A DNA stretch of 64,000 nt, from NCBI GenBank assembly GCA_963835025.1, contig CAWIEL010000062.1, forward strand, positions 2,005-66,004, written 5' to 3'. The notes beneath the pieces were generated by a model, which was not told where the DNA came from, ran no database searches, and worked only from the letters and a program-made list of their open reading frames with translations. Shown here in pieces: positions 1-10,516 of the stretch. The stretch's first letter is position 1, and every line of letters begins with the position of its first letter. The stretch comes from an uncultured Acidobacteriota bacterium. Its GTDB lineage: Bacteria; Acidobacteriota; Terriglobia; Acidiferrales; UBA7541. The position numbers and the translations under genes are program-made.

Positions 1-80
1 TCACAAAACAAGAAAGACGCGCAAGCAATCGAAGCAGCAGCTTTGCAGGCGCTGAAGCGGGAAAGACTCCAGCATCTCAG

Positions 81-1005
81 ATGGAGACGATTACCTTCCG
101 TGATGCAGTGGGAAAGGTTCTTGCCATCGGCAGAAGTGCGCTACCGCTCGAAGCCCAATTCGTATAAAGAGGATCAAAACGAGTCTTTCCAGCGCATTAG
201 TGTTCTTTGACAAATTGCTAGTGAATGCGATCGATGCAGCAAGAGTTGATGAAGTACAAGACGTGGCGAGCAACAGAGCATGAAGTAAAGGACGTTACCA
301 TCCGTCACGATCTTCACGCATTGAGCAAGTTTTTCCAACATGCAATCCGCCATCGCTGGGCATCGATCAATCTGACTCGGGAGGTTGAAATTCCTTCCGA
401 TGCGGATGCGCAGCGCATGTATGTTCTCTCGATTGAGGAGGAAGAGGAGTATTTCCGTCGCGCGAAGCGTCTTCCCGACTTGCATGATGTCGCGTTACTG
501 ATTGTCAACCAAGGGCTTCGCCCCGAAGAGGCCATTTCTCTGAGGGAAGGAGGATATTGATCTCGACAAAGGCACCAGATTTGTCAGCACTGGGAAAACG
601 AAAGCTGCAAGGCGGCACTTGGACATGACGACGGAATCGCTCGAAATTCTGAAGGTACGTATGTCTCGCGCGTCGCCTTGGATTTTTCCATCTAGCCGCA
701 ACGCCGGGTCGCATATTGGGCGAGTATCTTGGGCCGACGACCGCATTGTCGCTCACGCGGCGAAGGAAGGAGTGGAGATCTGCTTCGTGCCATATGATCT
801 CCGTCATACCTTTGCAACGCGTGTGGCCCAGGCCGGAATTGATATAGCCACCTTGGCCGCTCTCCTTGGGCACGGCTCGCTGCGCTGTGTTCACAAATAT
901 GTGCATCCGACTGCTGACCACAAGAAAAGTGCAATGCAGATTTTCGAGCGCAAGGTCAAGGAAGCTAGACGCAATGCCAAGCTGAAGTCCATGCGGGCTG
1001 CCTAG
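81..1005 (+). pseudogene. Tyrosine recombinase (phage-integrase family), broken by at least four frame changes
   Basis: ATG at 81 gives METITFRDAVGK. The continuation lies in the other frames (FLPSAEVRYRSKPNSY; RIKTSLSSALVFFDKLLVNAIDAARV). ORF 225-560 then supplies the SAM-like N-domain up to LIVNQGLRPEEAISLR. ORF 619-1005, in another frame, carries the catalytic C-terminus YDLRHTFATRVAQAGIDIATLAALLGHGSLRCVHKYVHP. Confidence 0.8.
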
Positions 1006-1134
1006 CATAGAGTCACTTTTCACTTATCCCTGCCTACTGCTCTGCTCCTCTCATTCCGCAAAAAAAGTTAGTCGCATTGCGTGAGGATCATTATGGATCC
1101 GTTTGTGGTGTCGTCTGCCTGAAACGCTCGATGT

Positions 1135-1212
1135 GACCGGGCGGCGGGGAGTGAGGCCGAGGCGAAGCAGATTGCGAAGGCGATTGCGCACTCGCCGCTG
1201 TGCAAGACGGTT
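1135..1212 (+). pseudogene. Short ArgJ-like (ornithine acetyltransferase) fragment
   Basis: The translation DRAAGSEAEAKQIAKAIAHSPLCKTV resembles, from memory, the conserved GA-x-S-x-x-EA-x-x-IA-x-AIA-x-S-x-LVKTA block of ArgJ. It spans only about 25 codons, has no start and is flanked by stops. Confidence 0.3.
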
Positions 1213-1463
1213 TCCAAGAAAGGACTATGAAAAGAAGTAATGAATCGTCTGGAACACTACCCTAGCTGATCGTTACGATGTTGTCGTTACGCGCACGGCG
1301 CTGTATCAAGGCAAGATAAGATCCTTCACGGTCAATTTGTGGGGTTGATGTATGGCGCGGTATTCGGCTGTGATGTCGCCGATGTTGCCGCCTGGATGCA
1401 GATTGCAATCAAATCTGTTGACTACGAGAAGGGTTTGGTCGACGTACTCAGATTCCCCGCGCA

Positions 1464-1769
1464 TCAAAAGTCGGTGCGCGGGGAACTGGTGCTCTTCCTT
1501 AGGCGCTCGAAAATCCGCTTGGCCGTGTGCCGTTGCTTCGCCGGTCTCTGCTTGTCATCTTCCAGAATGGCGTCGATCACGCCCAGCCACGGCCCAAGCT
1601 TGGGCCGCTTGATCGGCTGCTGTCGCTGGTAGCCTGGCGGCACCGCGTACTGCAGCATCTTCCGTACCGTCTCCCGCGAAAGCCCAAACTCCCTGGCTAC
1701 CGCCCGCTGACTCCGGCCCTCAACACGAACCGCACGCCGTACACGCCCGTATATCTCCACCTGGAACAT
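1464..1769 (-). mobile_element. IS21-family transposase (IstA) N-terminal HTH remnant
   Basis: MFQVEIYGRVRRAVRVEGRSQRAVAREFGLSRETVRKMLQYAVPPGYQRQQPIKRPKLGPWLGVIDAILEDDKQRPAKQRHTAKRIFERLR is the typical IstA N-terminus. The reading frame collapses after about 95 codons. No DDE domain, IstB or inverted repeats are visible. Confidence 0.7.
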
Positions 1770-1971
1770 CCCTCCGGTGTTCCATGAACCATGCCATCAA
1801 GGCAACAGCTCACGAAAACAAGATCCGGCGGTGGCAAACTTTTACTCCGCCGCAGAGCACCGCTCACGCGGCGCACTGTGGCCTAGTTTTGCACCGGCGC
1901 GCATAGCTAGCCTACCAAAGGCATTCTCCGCGGATAATGGCGCTCTTGTCTCAAACGAAAAGGTCGCGGTG

Positions 1972-2556
1972 CTACGGAAAGCAGTGCGCACGATTGCAAT
2001 GAATTGCAATCATCCCGTCATGAGCTGGGATGGCAAAGACGTGATCTAACGATGGAACGATCCCATCCGCCTCCACCAAGGCGTCGATTTGGTGGGAGGA
2101 CAGCACCGCAAGCGTCTTGCAACCCGCGGCCTTGCCTGCCTTGATTCCAGCCGGGCTATCCTCAACGACCAGACATTCCGATGGTTCCAGACCCAGCTTC
2201 CTGGCCCCCAGTTCGCACGGCTCCGGCTCCGGATCTCAGTCCCAGCGGATACATCGTCAGCCCTGACAAGATTGTGAGGCAAGCGAATCCCTGCGAACTG
2301 AAGCCTGGTCTTCGCCAAACGACCTGGAGCGGAAGTGACAATCGCCCAGGAGCACGTTGGTTAGTGGAAGAAGTGCTGCTGCACCTGGCAGCGCGGAGGT
2401 TCCGCTCGGGTCTTCCGCATCAAAGTCCTCGAGCCGCCTGAGCTCAACATAAGGATCAAGATCGGGCCGAAGCGCACGAACTGTATCGACAGCGCGTCTT
2501 CCGTGTGTGGAATGAATAGAGAAACTGCCCTCCATGCCGTGAAGCTGCGCCCAGCG
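1972..2556 (-). pseudogene. HAD-superfamily hydrolase (beta-phosphoglucomutase-like), 5'-truncated and frameshifted
   Basis: Minus-strand pieces lie in three frames: RWAQLHGMEGSFSIHSTHGRRAVDTVRAL..LPGAAALL, LAKTRLQFAGIRLPHNLVRADDVSAG, and DPEPEPCELGARKLGLEPSECLVVEDSPAGIKAGKAAGCKTLAVLSSH. The N-terminal DxDGT motif is missing. The remnant starts directly after the TGA of the upstream ABC gene. Confidence 0.6.
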
Positions 2557-3520
2557 TCAGGCCGCCGAAGCTTCGGCGTGGCTGGCGTCGTCGGTCGTCA
2601 ATTCCAGGAAAATATCTTCGAGGCTGAGGCTGACGCCGCGCAATTCGAATAGGGCCCAGCCGTTGCGGATGATAGCCGCGGCAACTTGGCTGCGGGCGTC
2701 GGAGCCCTGCGCGGTTTCGATGGTGACGATCGAATGGTCGCTCGAAGGAAGCGCTTCGACCGCAACGTGCGATACGCCGGGAACCTGCGAGAGCGCTGGA
2801 CGCAGCGCGTCGGGAGGAGCCTGAACTTCGAGGCGAATCTTCTGGCCGCTCTTCAGCGTCGAGGTGAGATTTTGCGGCGTATCGACGGCGGCGATTTTGC
2901 CTTTGTTGATGATGACCACGCGATCGCAAGTCATGCTGACTTCCGGCAGGATGTGGGTCGAGAGAATGATGGTGTGGCTGCCAGCGAGGCCCTTGATCAG
3001 ATTGCGGACTTCGATGATCTGTTTGGGATCGAGGCCGACGGTGGGTTCATCGAGAACGATGACGTCCGGATCGTGGACCAGAGCCTGGGCGATACCGACG
3101 CGCTGCTTGTAGCCGCGCGATAGGCGTTTGATGAGTTCGGTGCGGCGATCTTCGAGATTGGTTTTGCGCATGGCGTCGGTGACGCGCGCGGCCCGGTCGG
3201 CGGCCGGGACGTTCTTGATGCGAGCGACGAAATCGAGATAGGACTCGATGGTCATGTCGGGGTAGATCGGCGGAGTTTCGGGCAGGTAGCCGATGTGGCG
3301 GCGAACGTCCATGCGAATTGGTGGCGACGTCGAAGCCGGCGACGCGGGCGACGCCGGAGGTGGCCGGCATAAATCCGGTGAGGATGCGCATGGTGGTGGT
3401 TTTGCCGGCGCCGTTGGGGCCGAGAAAGCCCAGAATCTCGCCTTTGTTCACGCTGAAAGAGACGTGGTCGACGGCAGTCTTATCGCCGTAGGTTTTGGTG
3501 AGGTTTTCTACTTCTATCAA
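2557..3520 (-). pseudogene. ABC-2-type transporter ATP-binding protein, one frameshift near 3313-3320
   Basis: The N-terminal piece (ORF 3047-3520) has Walker A (GPNGAGKTT) and reads well up to [10 protein letters not shown]. The rest (ORF 2557-3312, different frame) starts [17 protein letters not shown] and carries [15 protein letters not shown] and [12 protein letters not shown]. Confidence 0.8.
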
Positions 3521-3843
3521 TGCGTTCCTCCGTTACGTTACGAACAAACGAGCCGAAAAGCGGCGTTCAAACCAATCTTTATACTAAAAATTTGAGGAAA
3601 TTGAAAACTGGCGGCTTAGATCATGTTTGGAAGTTCGATTGAAACATTGCCTCTGTCTAGTAGTTAGACGGGTGGTCGAGGGGAAAGGCAGCTTGGGTTG
3701 GGCTTGGCTTATGAAACTCCTTGCCCTTTTTTCAAGGCACGCTTTGAACCCTATTCTGTTTTGTGGCCTAACGTTACTTCGCGAAGGCGGCGGCAAGCCG
3801 CCGCACTCCAAGGTAGGCTGGCTACGCATCAATTGAGGATGCT

Positions 3844-6800
3844 TTAGAAATTGAAGCGGGCGCCGATCTGGGCGGCGAAGGGGATGCCTACGGTGGTGCC
3901 AGGGCCGAAGAAATCGCCGAGGGCTCCGGCGGCGAAGCGCAATTGTTTGGGGCTGGTGACCGGGACCATGCCGGAGCATTGCGGGTCGGTGCAGATGGAG
4001 GTGACGTTGTCGGGATTGTTGACCGGATTGGGCAGGGCCGCGACGTTGGTGACGTAGTTCGCGCCGGGATTATTGCGGTTGAACAAATTGAAAAACTCGA
4101 TGAAGGGTGTGCCGGTGAAACGCTCGCCGAAGTGGATGGGGCGGCTGATGCGCATGTCAACTTGAACGTAGGGGGTGCCGCGGAGGCCATCGAGCGACGT
4201 CTTCACTCCATCGACGACCACGCGGTCGGTGCCGTCGGTATTGGTGATGGTGAAGGGCCGCGCGCTTTCGGCCTGAGTGAGCGTGGTGATTTCGAAACCG
4301 CCGGGGAGGCGGAACAGGCCCGCCAGAACGAAGCGGTGCCGCGCATCTTCGCCGGAGGGGCCGTAATCGCCGGGGCCGAAAGGGATTCAGCGGGTCGCAC
4401 ACGCCGTTCACATAATCGAAGAGTTCGCCGAGGACGCAGCCCCAGGTCTGCGCTTTGGACAAAGTGTAATTAGCGATGAGATTGAAGTGGTGCGAGACGT
4501 TCCCTTGCAGATGGATGGAGAGCGCGTTGTAACTGGAGCGATTGTCGACTGCGGAAAACGGAGACGTCGGGGACAAACGGCTGCAGGGCCGGGATCGGGC
4601 GCGATGAGCGGCGCGGTTCCGGCGGCGTAATCATAACGGCGGTAGCCGTGATTGCCTTGCTCGTGAGTGTAGTCGGCGCTGACCAGCCATTTATCGCTGA
4701 AGGCGTGCTCGAAGCCGGCGGTGGCGTGGATGGCGTAGGGAGTGCGGTAACGAGAATCGATGACCGAACCCGAAGTGACGCAGCCGCTGTTGGTGGGGTC
4801 GGGAGGATTTTGCGGATCGATGCAGGGTCCGGGCAAGGTATTGACGGCTTGCAGGGCTTCGACCCAGCCGTTCTGGGCGAGATCGTTGTAGTAAAGGCCA
4901 AACCCGGCGCGGAAAACGGTTTTGGAATTTTGTCCGGGGGCGTAAGCGATGCCGAGACGCGGAGCGAAAGCTTTGCGGTAATCGTGCGGCGCGCCACTGG
5001 CAAAGGGAGTGGTCGAGATGCCGAGGGCGTCGAGCGTTTGAAAAACGGGATTGACCAGTTGGGAGCGGCCGGAAGCGGTGAAGAGGCCGAAGGTGGTGTC
5101 GTAGCGCAAGCCGTAATTGACGGTGAGGCGGGGCGTGACACGCCAGGAATCTTCGGCGTAGAGGCCGAGGCGCTGGACGTTCTGCGACGAAGCTTCCATT
5201 GGCAGCAGGCGTGGCGGTGCAGTTAACTCCGGCGGGCTGGGGAGTGGCGCAGGTGAGATCGGAATAAAACTGGGAGGGATTGGCGACGTAGAAATCGGGG
5301 TTGTTGGGAAATTGGATTAGGGTTTCGGCGTTGCCGGAAAGCGCGCCGCTCAAGACCGGTTCGTGAATCAAGTTCACACCGAAACGCGGCGCGTGGTGTC
5401 CCGTGCTATGGCTCACGTCGTAGCGAAATTGATATTTTTGCTGGTTGCGAAGAACGGGAAAGGCGGTGATGGGCGTGACGAACTGATTGTCGCCGAAAGT
5501 TTCGAAGCCGGAGATGGTGCTGGCGGTCGAGCTGAACGGAAAAGCGAGAGCGAAGCCGAGATCGGTGTTGCGGGTTTCGGTGTGATGCAGGGCGCTGGCT
5601 TCGAGCGTCAGCGAACCAAGCCAAGTGGGGCTGAAAGAAAAATGCTGGTTTAAAAGCAGGTTCATGTAATTGGCGCGAGAAGTCGCGCCGGTGGACGGAA
5701 GGGTGGCCTGCTGGACGAGATCGTTGTCGGTGGTGTAACGGTCAACCGCGGCACGCAGAAACCACTGGGAGCGCTGGGACTGGGCCCAATCAAAACGAGT
5801 GGTGGCCAGGTAATCGTCGAACGGAACCGGTGCGTTATTGGGCACGGCGATCGAACTGACGCCGGGAATTAGGCCTTCGGTGGCGAGTTGGGCCAGCGAC
5901 TGAAACTGGCTGAGGCTGGCGGGACTGTAAGCGATACTGGCGTCTTCGTGGACGTACTCAAGAGAAGAAAAAAACCAAATCTTATCGCGGCGAATCGGAC
6001 CTCCGACGGTGCCGATGTAATTTTGGCGGGAGAAAGGCTGTTTAGGTTCGGGCGGTGGATTATCGATGGGCAGGCGAGCGTTGAGTGCGGCGGCGCGTTC
6101 GTAAAATGCGGCGTCGCCATGCCATTCGTTGGTGCCGCGCTTGGTATCGATGACCACTGAGCCGCCGGTAGTGCGGCCGGTGTCGGCGTCTTCCTGGGCG
6201 GTGCGCACCACAAATTCCTGGATGGCGTCCGGCGAGTAATTTTGAAGAAAGCCGCCGATGTAATCGTCGGAGTTGTCGCCGCCGTCGACCGACAGCTCGA
6301 CGTTGAGTCCAGAACTGCCGCCGAAGGAAACGGCGGTGATGCGCGCCTTGGTGGGATCGGAAGGCTCGACCGGTTCGGTGCCGGGAACGAGATAGGCGAT
6401 GTTGGCGAAGCTGCGATGGGCCAGAGGCAGCGTTTCGAGATCCTGCGAAGAAATGGCGCCTTGATGGACGGCGCTCGCGAGATCGATAGCCTGGGTGGTG
6501 ATGGAAGAAGACTGGGCGGCGACAGTAACTTGTTGCGAGATACCGGCCGGCTGGAGGACGACGGCGAGGTCACGGACTTCGCTAACCACGACCGTTGCGT
6601 CGGAAGCAGCCGGGGCGAAGCCAGGTTTGCTGGCCAGCACTCGATAGGCTCCGGGGGGCAGGTCGTCAACGCGGAATTCGCCGCGGTCGTCGGCCATTGC
6701 GGTGCGCTGGAGCCCCGAAGCTTGGGACTGAACCACGATGGCGGCGCTGGGGACGCGGGCGCCACTCGAATCCTCCACCGTTCCACGGAGGGTTCCGCGC

Positions 6801-6910
6801 GGATTCTGTGCGCGCGCGACCGGCACAAGGGCCGCAACGAGCAGCAGACACAGCGCGAGGCGGCGTAGAGCCCTGGAGTGGGCGGGCAACGGAGAATCTC
6901 TCCTGTGCAT
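3844..6910 (-). pseudogene. TonB-dependent outer-membrane receptor with carboxypeptidase-regulatory-like N-domain, about three frameshifts
   Basis: Signal peptide, then a CarboxypepD_reg-like segment (GTVEDSSGARVPSAAIVV..DDRGEFRVDDLPPGAYRV) and a plug. Barrel pieces lie in ORFs 4691-6910, 4408-5199, 4157-4576 and 3844-4221, with frame changes near 5205, 4575 and 4385. The C-terminal OMP signature is QIGARFNF. Confidence 0.8.
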
Positions 6911-7135
6911 CGATATGCCTGGGTGAATCGCGGCATTATTCCAGTTTCAGAGAAGGCGGTAAAGCGGCTTGTGCGGCGTTGACGTCCCCGGCTTCGGTTT
7001 TCGGCGGGGGAGATGTGCGTTGACAGGCCCCAAGCGTTTTGTTATTCAAATAGTTTCGTTTAACGTGCCAAGGCTTCGACGTGGGGTTGATTCCCTCCGG
7101 ATCGGGCGGATCCAAAAAGAAATCATCAAGGTGAT

Positions 7136-9883
7136 ATGAAACCAACGAAGGCGTATGCCCGAATGAAGAATTGTCCGTTGATCGCGGCTCCGGCAAAGAA
7201 GGAAAAGATAGGTTGGTCCGGTCTCTGGTCTGGCCGGGTTTCGCGAGGGGCGCTGGCCCTGTGCGCGATTTTTCTGGTTGCGGCGCTCACCAGCTGCGGT
7301 GGCGGCGGCAGCAACACGATCACGTTGCAGGTTTCGCCCAGTGGGACGATTCAGATGGACGAAGGGCAGACTCAGGTATTCGTAGCCACGCTGGGGCTCG
7401 ATACCAAGAATCAGGGAGTGACCTGGACTCTGACCGGTACCGGATGCGCGGGCACCGGTTGCGGCATGATTTCGAGCACAACGGCATCGCAGATCACGTA
7501 CACCTCGCCAACCGGATTGACCTCAGCGCTGACGGTTAGCCTGAAGGCGGTCTCGAACGGAAATTCTGGCGCCACCGTGACGGTCACGATTACGGTGAAC
7601 CTGGCGCCTCAATTCACGACAACCATATTGCCGAACGGCACCAACGGAGTGGGTTACAGCCAGCAAGTGGTGGCGGAAGACGGTGTGACTCCGTATAAAT
7701 TCGCGGTGGCCTGCACGCCCGTAGGGTCGAACTGCCTGCCTCCCGGGTTGGCGGTGAATCCCAATACCGGAAGCGTGGTGGGCACGCCGACGAAAGCCGG
7801 AACGTATAACTTTGCAGTGAGCGTGACCGACAATGCCTTCGTGCCGCAGACCGCAACCTCCGACGTGTTTACCGTGGTGATCAATCCGGCGACGGCGCTA
7901 ACCATCACTTCGGGCGTTCTGGCGAACGCCACCGTGGGCAGCACCTACGGAACCTCAATTCAAGCTTCAGGAGGAACGCCGCCCTATTCGTGGAGCGTGC
8001 CGGCCAATACCTTGCCGCCCGGGCTGATGTTGAACGCGAGCAATGGGCAGATATTTGGAACGCCGACTACCGGAGGAGTTTACAGCTTCTTCCCGACGGT
8101 GACCGATTCCACGATTCCGCCGCAGACCTTCACTTCGCCGGCCGGCAAGCCAGTGACCATCACGGTGACTGGCGCGGCGCCATTGAAGGCGGTGACGCCG
8201 ACGCTGCCCAGCGGCGCGGTGGCCACAGGATATTCCGGCGCGCTGGTAGCCAGCGGAGGAGTGGCTCCTTACACCTGGAGCATTACGGCGGGGCAATTGC
8301 CAAGCGGCCTGCGGTTCGATCCAGCCAGCGGCGCGATTTCCGGTGTGCCGATTTTGACGACGACCTCGAATTTCACGGTGCAAGTAAGCGATTCGATCGG
8401 CTCGACACCGGCTTCGCAAAATCTGAGCATCACGATCAACACCGGAACGGTGGCCACCAACAAGCTATTCAGCGGCTCGTACAGCTTTCTCTTCAACGGT
8501 TTTGACCCGCAAGGAAATGTGGTCGAAGCGGGCAACTTGGTCGCCAACGGCAGCGGAGTGATTTCGAGCGGACAATTCGATAGCAACCGCGTTTCGGGAG
8601 TGTTCACCGCTTCGTCGCTGACTGGCACCTACTCCATCGGCAACGACGGCCGCGGCACGATGCAGCTGATCGGGGTGAACTCGAAAGGCGCGAGTCTGAC
8701 CACGAATTATCTGCTGGCCGAGCAATCGAACGGCAATTTCCAGATCGTGGAAAACGATACGGTGGGCACGCCGCAAACGCACGGCGCGGGAATCATGAAA
8801 CCGGATTCCTCGAGCACGCTGTCTTCGGGCAGCTTCAGCGGAAACTACGCATTCGAATTCATCGGACAGGATGTGGCGCTGGCTCCCACGGTGATCGCCG
8901 GTGTGGTGCATGCCGACGGAAATCAGACATTCACCCCCGGAACCCTCGACGTGAACGATGGCGGAGTTTATAGCCCGGCACTCGCCCTGAGCGGCAATTT
9001 CCAGTCCAGCGGAACGAATAACAAGGGTCTGGCGGTTTTCACTTATCAGCTTCCCACTGGGGCGCAGGTCCAGGCGGAATACACGTTCTACTTCGTCTCG
9101 CCGACAGACATTTTCCTGGTGGCCGTCGACACGACCGATACAACTCACCCGCGGCTGGCGGGTGAAATGCTGCTGCAGGACAGTTCGGTGGTTTTCAACT
9201 CTGGCGCGCTGAATGGCAAGAGCGTCGCGACCGGAAGCGGACTGGCCGGGAAGAATGCAGACGTCTACGCCGGATTGCTGATTGGCGACGGCCAGACGGT
9301 GGCGGACTTCACCTTCGACGAGAACAGCGGCGGCACGGTTACGAATGGCGTGACGTCGAACGGCACGTTCACCGCGGATCCCAACACCAACGGACGAATT
9401 GCATTTACCGGAGTGGGCGCGGAAACGACGGGTCAGAAAATTGCCGCGGCGTATTTAATCGGGGCCAACAAGGGCTTTACCATTGGGTCGAATCCGGAAG
9501 TTTCGTTCGGCTTGCTGGACGCCCAAACGAGTGTCGCGCCGTTCAGCGCTTCGTCGCTGCAGGGCGGATACACGCCGGCGGCGCCATTCACAGAGGATCC
9601 ATTGGCGTTGAATGTGATCGGCCAATTGAATTCGCCGGGGCAGGGTTCGCTGCTGGGCGTAGTGGATGAGGTCGACAACGACGGTACGATTCATTCGCCG
9701 CAGAACTTTGTGGGCAACTACAATATCGGTGCCACGGGGCGCGGAACCATGAGCACGAACTCGCCGATTGGAATTCCGGCGAACGTGATCTTCTACATCG
9801 TCTCGCAGTCGAGTTTCCGGGCTATTTCGGGGGATTCGAATCCGAATAATGCGCATCCGCTGGTTTTCTATTTCGACCACTAG
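7136..9883 (+). CDS. Secreted lipoprotein with tandem putative-Ig (He_PIG-like) domains and a 4x repeated uncharacterised C-terminal module
   Basis: Lipobox LVAALTSCGGGG. There are repeats LPPGLAVNPNTGSVVGTPTKAGTYNFAVSVTD, LPPGLMLNASNGQIFGTPTTGGVYSFFPTVTD and LPSGLRFDPASGAISGVPILTTTSNFTVQVSD. Four ~100-120-aa units follow, ending in motifs such as GNDGRGTMQL and GATGRGTMS. The start could be 7136 or 7163. Confidence 0.7.
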   Translation: MKPTKAYARMKNCPLIAAPAKKEKIGWSGLWSGRVSRGALALCAIFLVAALTSCGGGGSNTITLQVSPSGTIQMDEGQTQVFVATLGLDTKNQGVTWTLTGTGCAGTGCGMISSTTASQITYTSPTGLTSALTVSLKAVSNGNSGATVTVTITVNLAPQFTTTILPNGTNGVGYSQQVVAEDGVTPYKFAVACTPVGSNCLPPGLAVNPNTGSVVGTPTKAGTYNFAVSVTDNAFVPQTATSDVFTVVINPATALTITSGVLANATVGSTYGTSIQASGGTPPYSWSVPANTLPPGLMLNASNGQIFGTPTTGGVYSFFPTVTDSTIPPQTFTSPAGKPVTITVTGAAPLKAVTPTLPSGAVATGYSGALVASGGVAPYTWSITAGQLPSGLRFDPASGAISGVPILTTTSNFTVQVSDSIGSTPASQNLSITINTGTVATNKLFSGSYSFLFNGFDPQGNVVEAGNLVANGSGVISSGQFDSNRVSGVFTASSLTGTYSIGNDGRGTMQLIGVNSKGASLTTNYLLAEQSNGNFQIVENDTVGTPQTHGAGIMKPDSSSTLSSGSFSGNYAFEFIGQDVALAPTVIAGVVHADGNQTFTPGTLDVNDGGVYSPALALSGNFQSSGTNNKGLAVFTYQLPTGAQVQAEYTFYFVSPTDIFLVAVDTTDTTHPRLAGEMLLQDSSVVFNSGALNGKSVATGSGLAGKNADVYAGLLIGDGQTVADFTFDENSGGTVTNGVTSNGTFTADPNTNGRIAFTGVGAETTGQKIAAAYLIGANKGFTIGSNPEVSFGLLDAQTSVAPFSASSLQGGYTPAAPFTEDPLALNVIGQLNSPGQGSLLGVVDEVDNDGTIHSPQNFVGNYNIGATGRGTMSTNSPIGIPANVIFYIVSQSSFRAISGDSNPNNAHPLVFYFDH

Positions 9884-9909
9884 AAACTGGCGTAGGGCAG
9901 GACTATTTA

Positions 9910-9957
9910 GGCAGGCACTTGGGGCAGACGCGTTTGAGGCGCCTGCCCTCTTTTTTT
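9910..9957 (+). terminator. Rho-independent terminator candidate between convergent genes
   Basis: ggcaggc (9910-9916) pairs with gcctgcc (9941-9947) and is followed by a T-run (ctcttttttt, 9948-9957). It lies between the stop of the 7136-9883 gene and the stop of msrB. Confidence 0.5.
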
Positions 9958-9964
9958 GTGCCGC

Positions 9965-10378
9965 CTACTTCTTTGAGTCTTTCTTCTTTTCTTCCAGCTT
10001 TAGCGATGCGGAATTAATGCAGAACCGCAGGCCGGTGGGGTTCGGGCCGTCGTCGAAGACGTGGCCGAGGTGCGCATCGCAACGGCTGCAGAGGACTTCG
10101 GTGCGAGTCATGCCGTGGCTGGTGTCGCGGTGCAATTCGACATTTTCGGCGGCAATGGGCTGGTAGTAGCTTGGCCAGCCGGAGCCGGAGTGAAACTTCG
10201 CGTCGGAAGCGAAGAGCGGCTGCCCGCAACAGACGCAGACGTAGGTTCCTTCTTTTTCGGTGCTTTCGTATTCGCCGGTGAAAGGCGGTTCAGTGCCCTT
10301 CTGCCGCGTGACGTAATATTGGTTTTGATCCAGCTTCGATTTCCATTCTGCATCGGACTTTTTGATTTTTTCAGCCAT
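9965..10378 (-). CDS. msrB: Peptide-methionine (R)-S-oxide reductase
   Basis: 137 aa with two CxxC pairs ([25 protein letters not shown]) and the GWPS and RFCINS motifs diagnostic of MsrB/SelR. Confidence 0.95.
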   Translation of the reverse strand: MAEKIKKSDAEWKSKLDQNQYYVTRQKGTEPPFTGEYESTEKEGTYVCVCCGQPLFASDAKFHSGSGWPSYYQPIAAENVELHRDTSHGMTRTEVLCSRCDAHLGHVFDDGPNPTGLRFCINSASLKLEEKKKDSKK

Positions 10379-10516
10379 GTGGATAGATTACACCGAAGAG
10401 AATTTCCCTGGCTAGGCCGGCGTGGTCGGGCGCGATTGTGGATAGCGGGTGCCAGGCGGAATGGTCGGCTATACTGGAGAGGCATAGCGCAGGGCCGCGG
10501 TGCGGTGGGGGCGATT

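Noticed and set aside
10061-10516. 150-codon N-terminal extension of the thiolase ORF in the track
   Set aside because: The extension is antisense to msrB and has no thiolase similarity. Thiolases of this class begin at M-x-D/E-V-F-I-C-D, which corresponds to TTG 10517.
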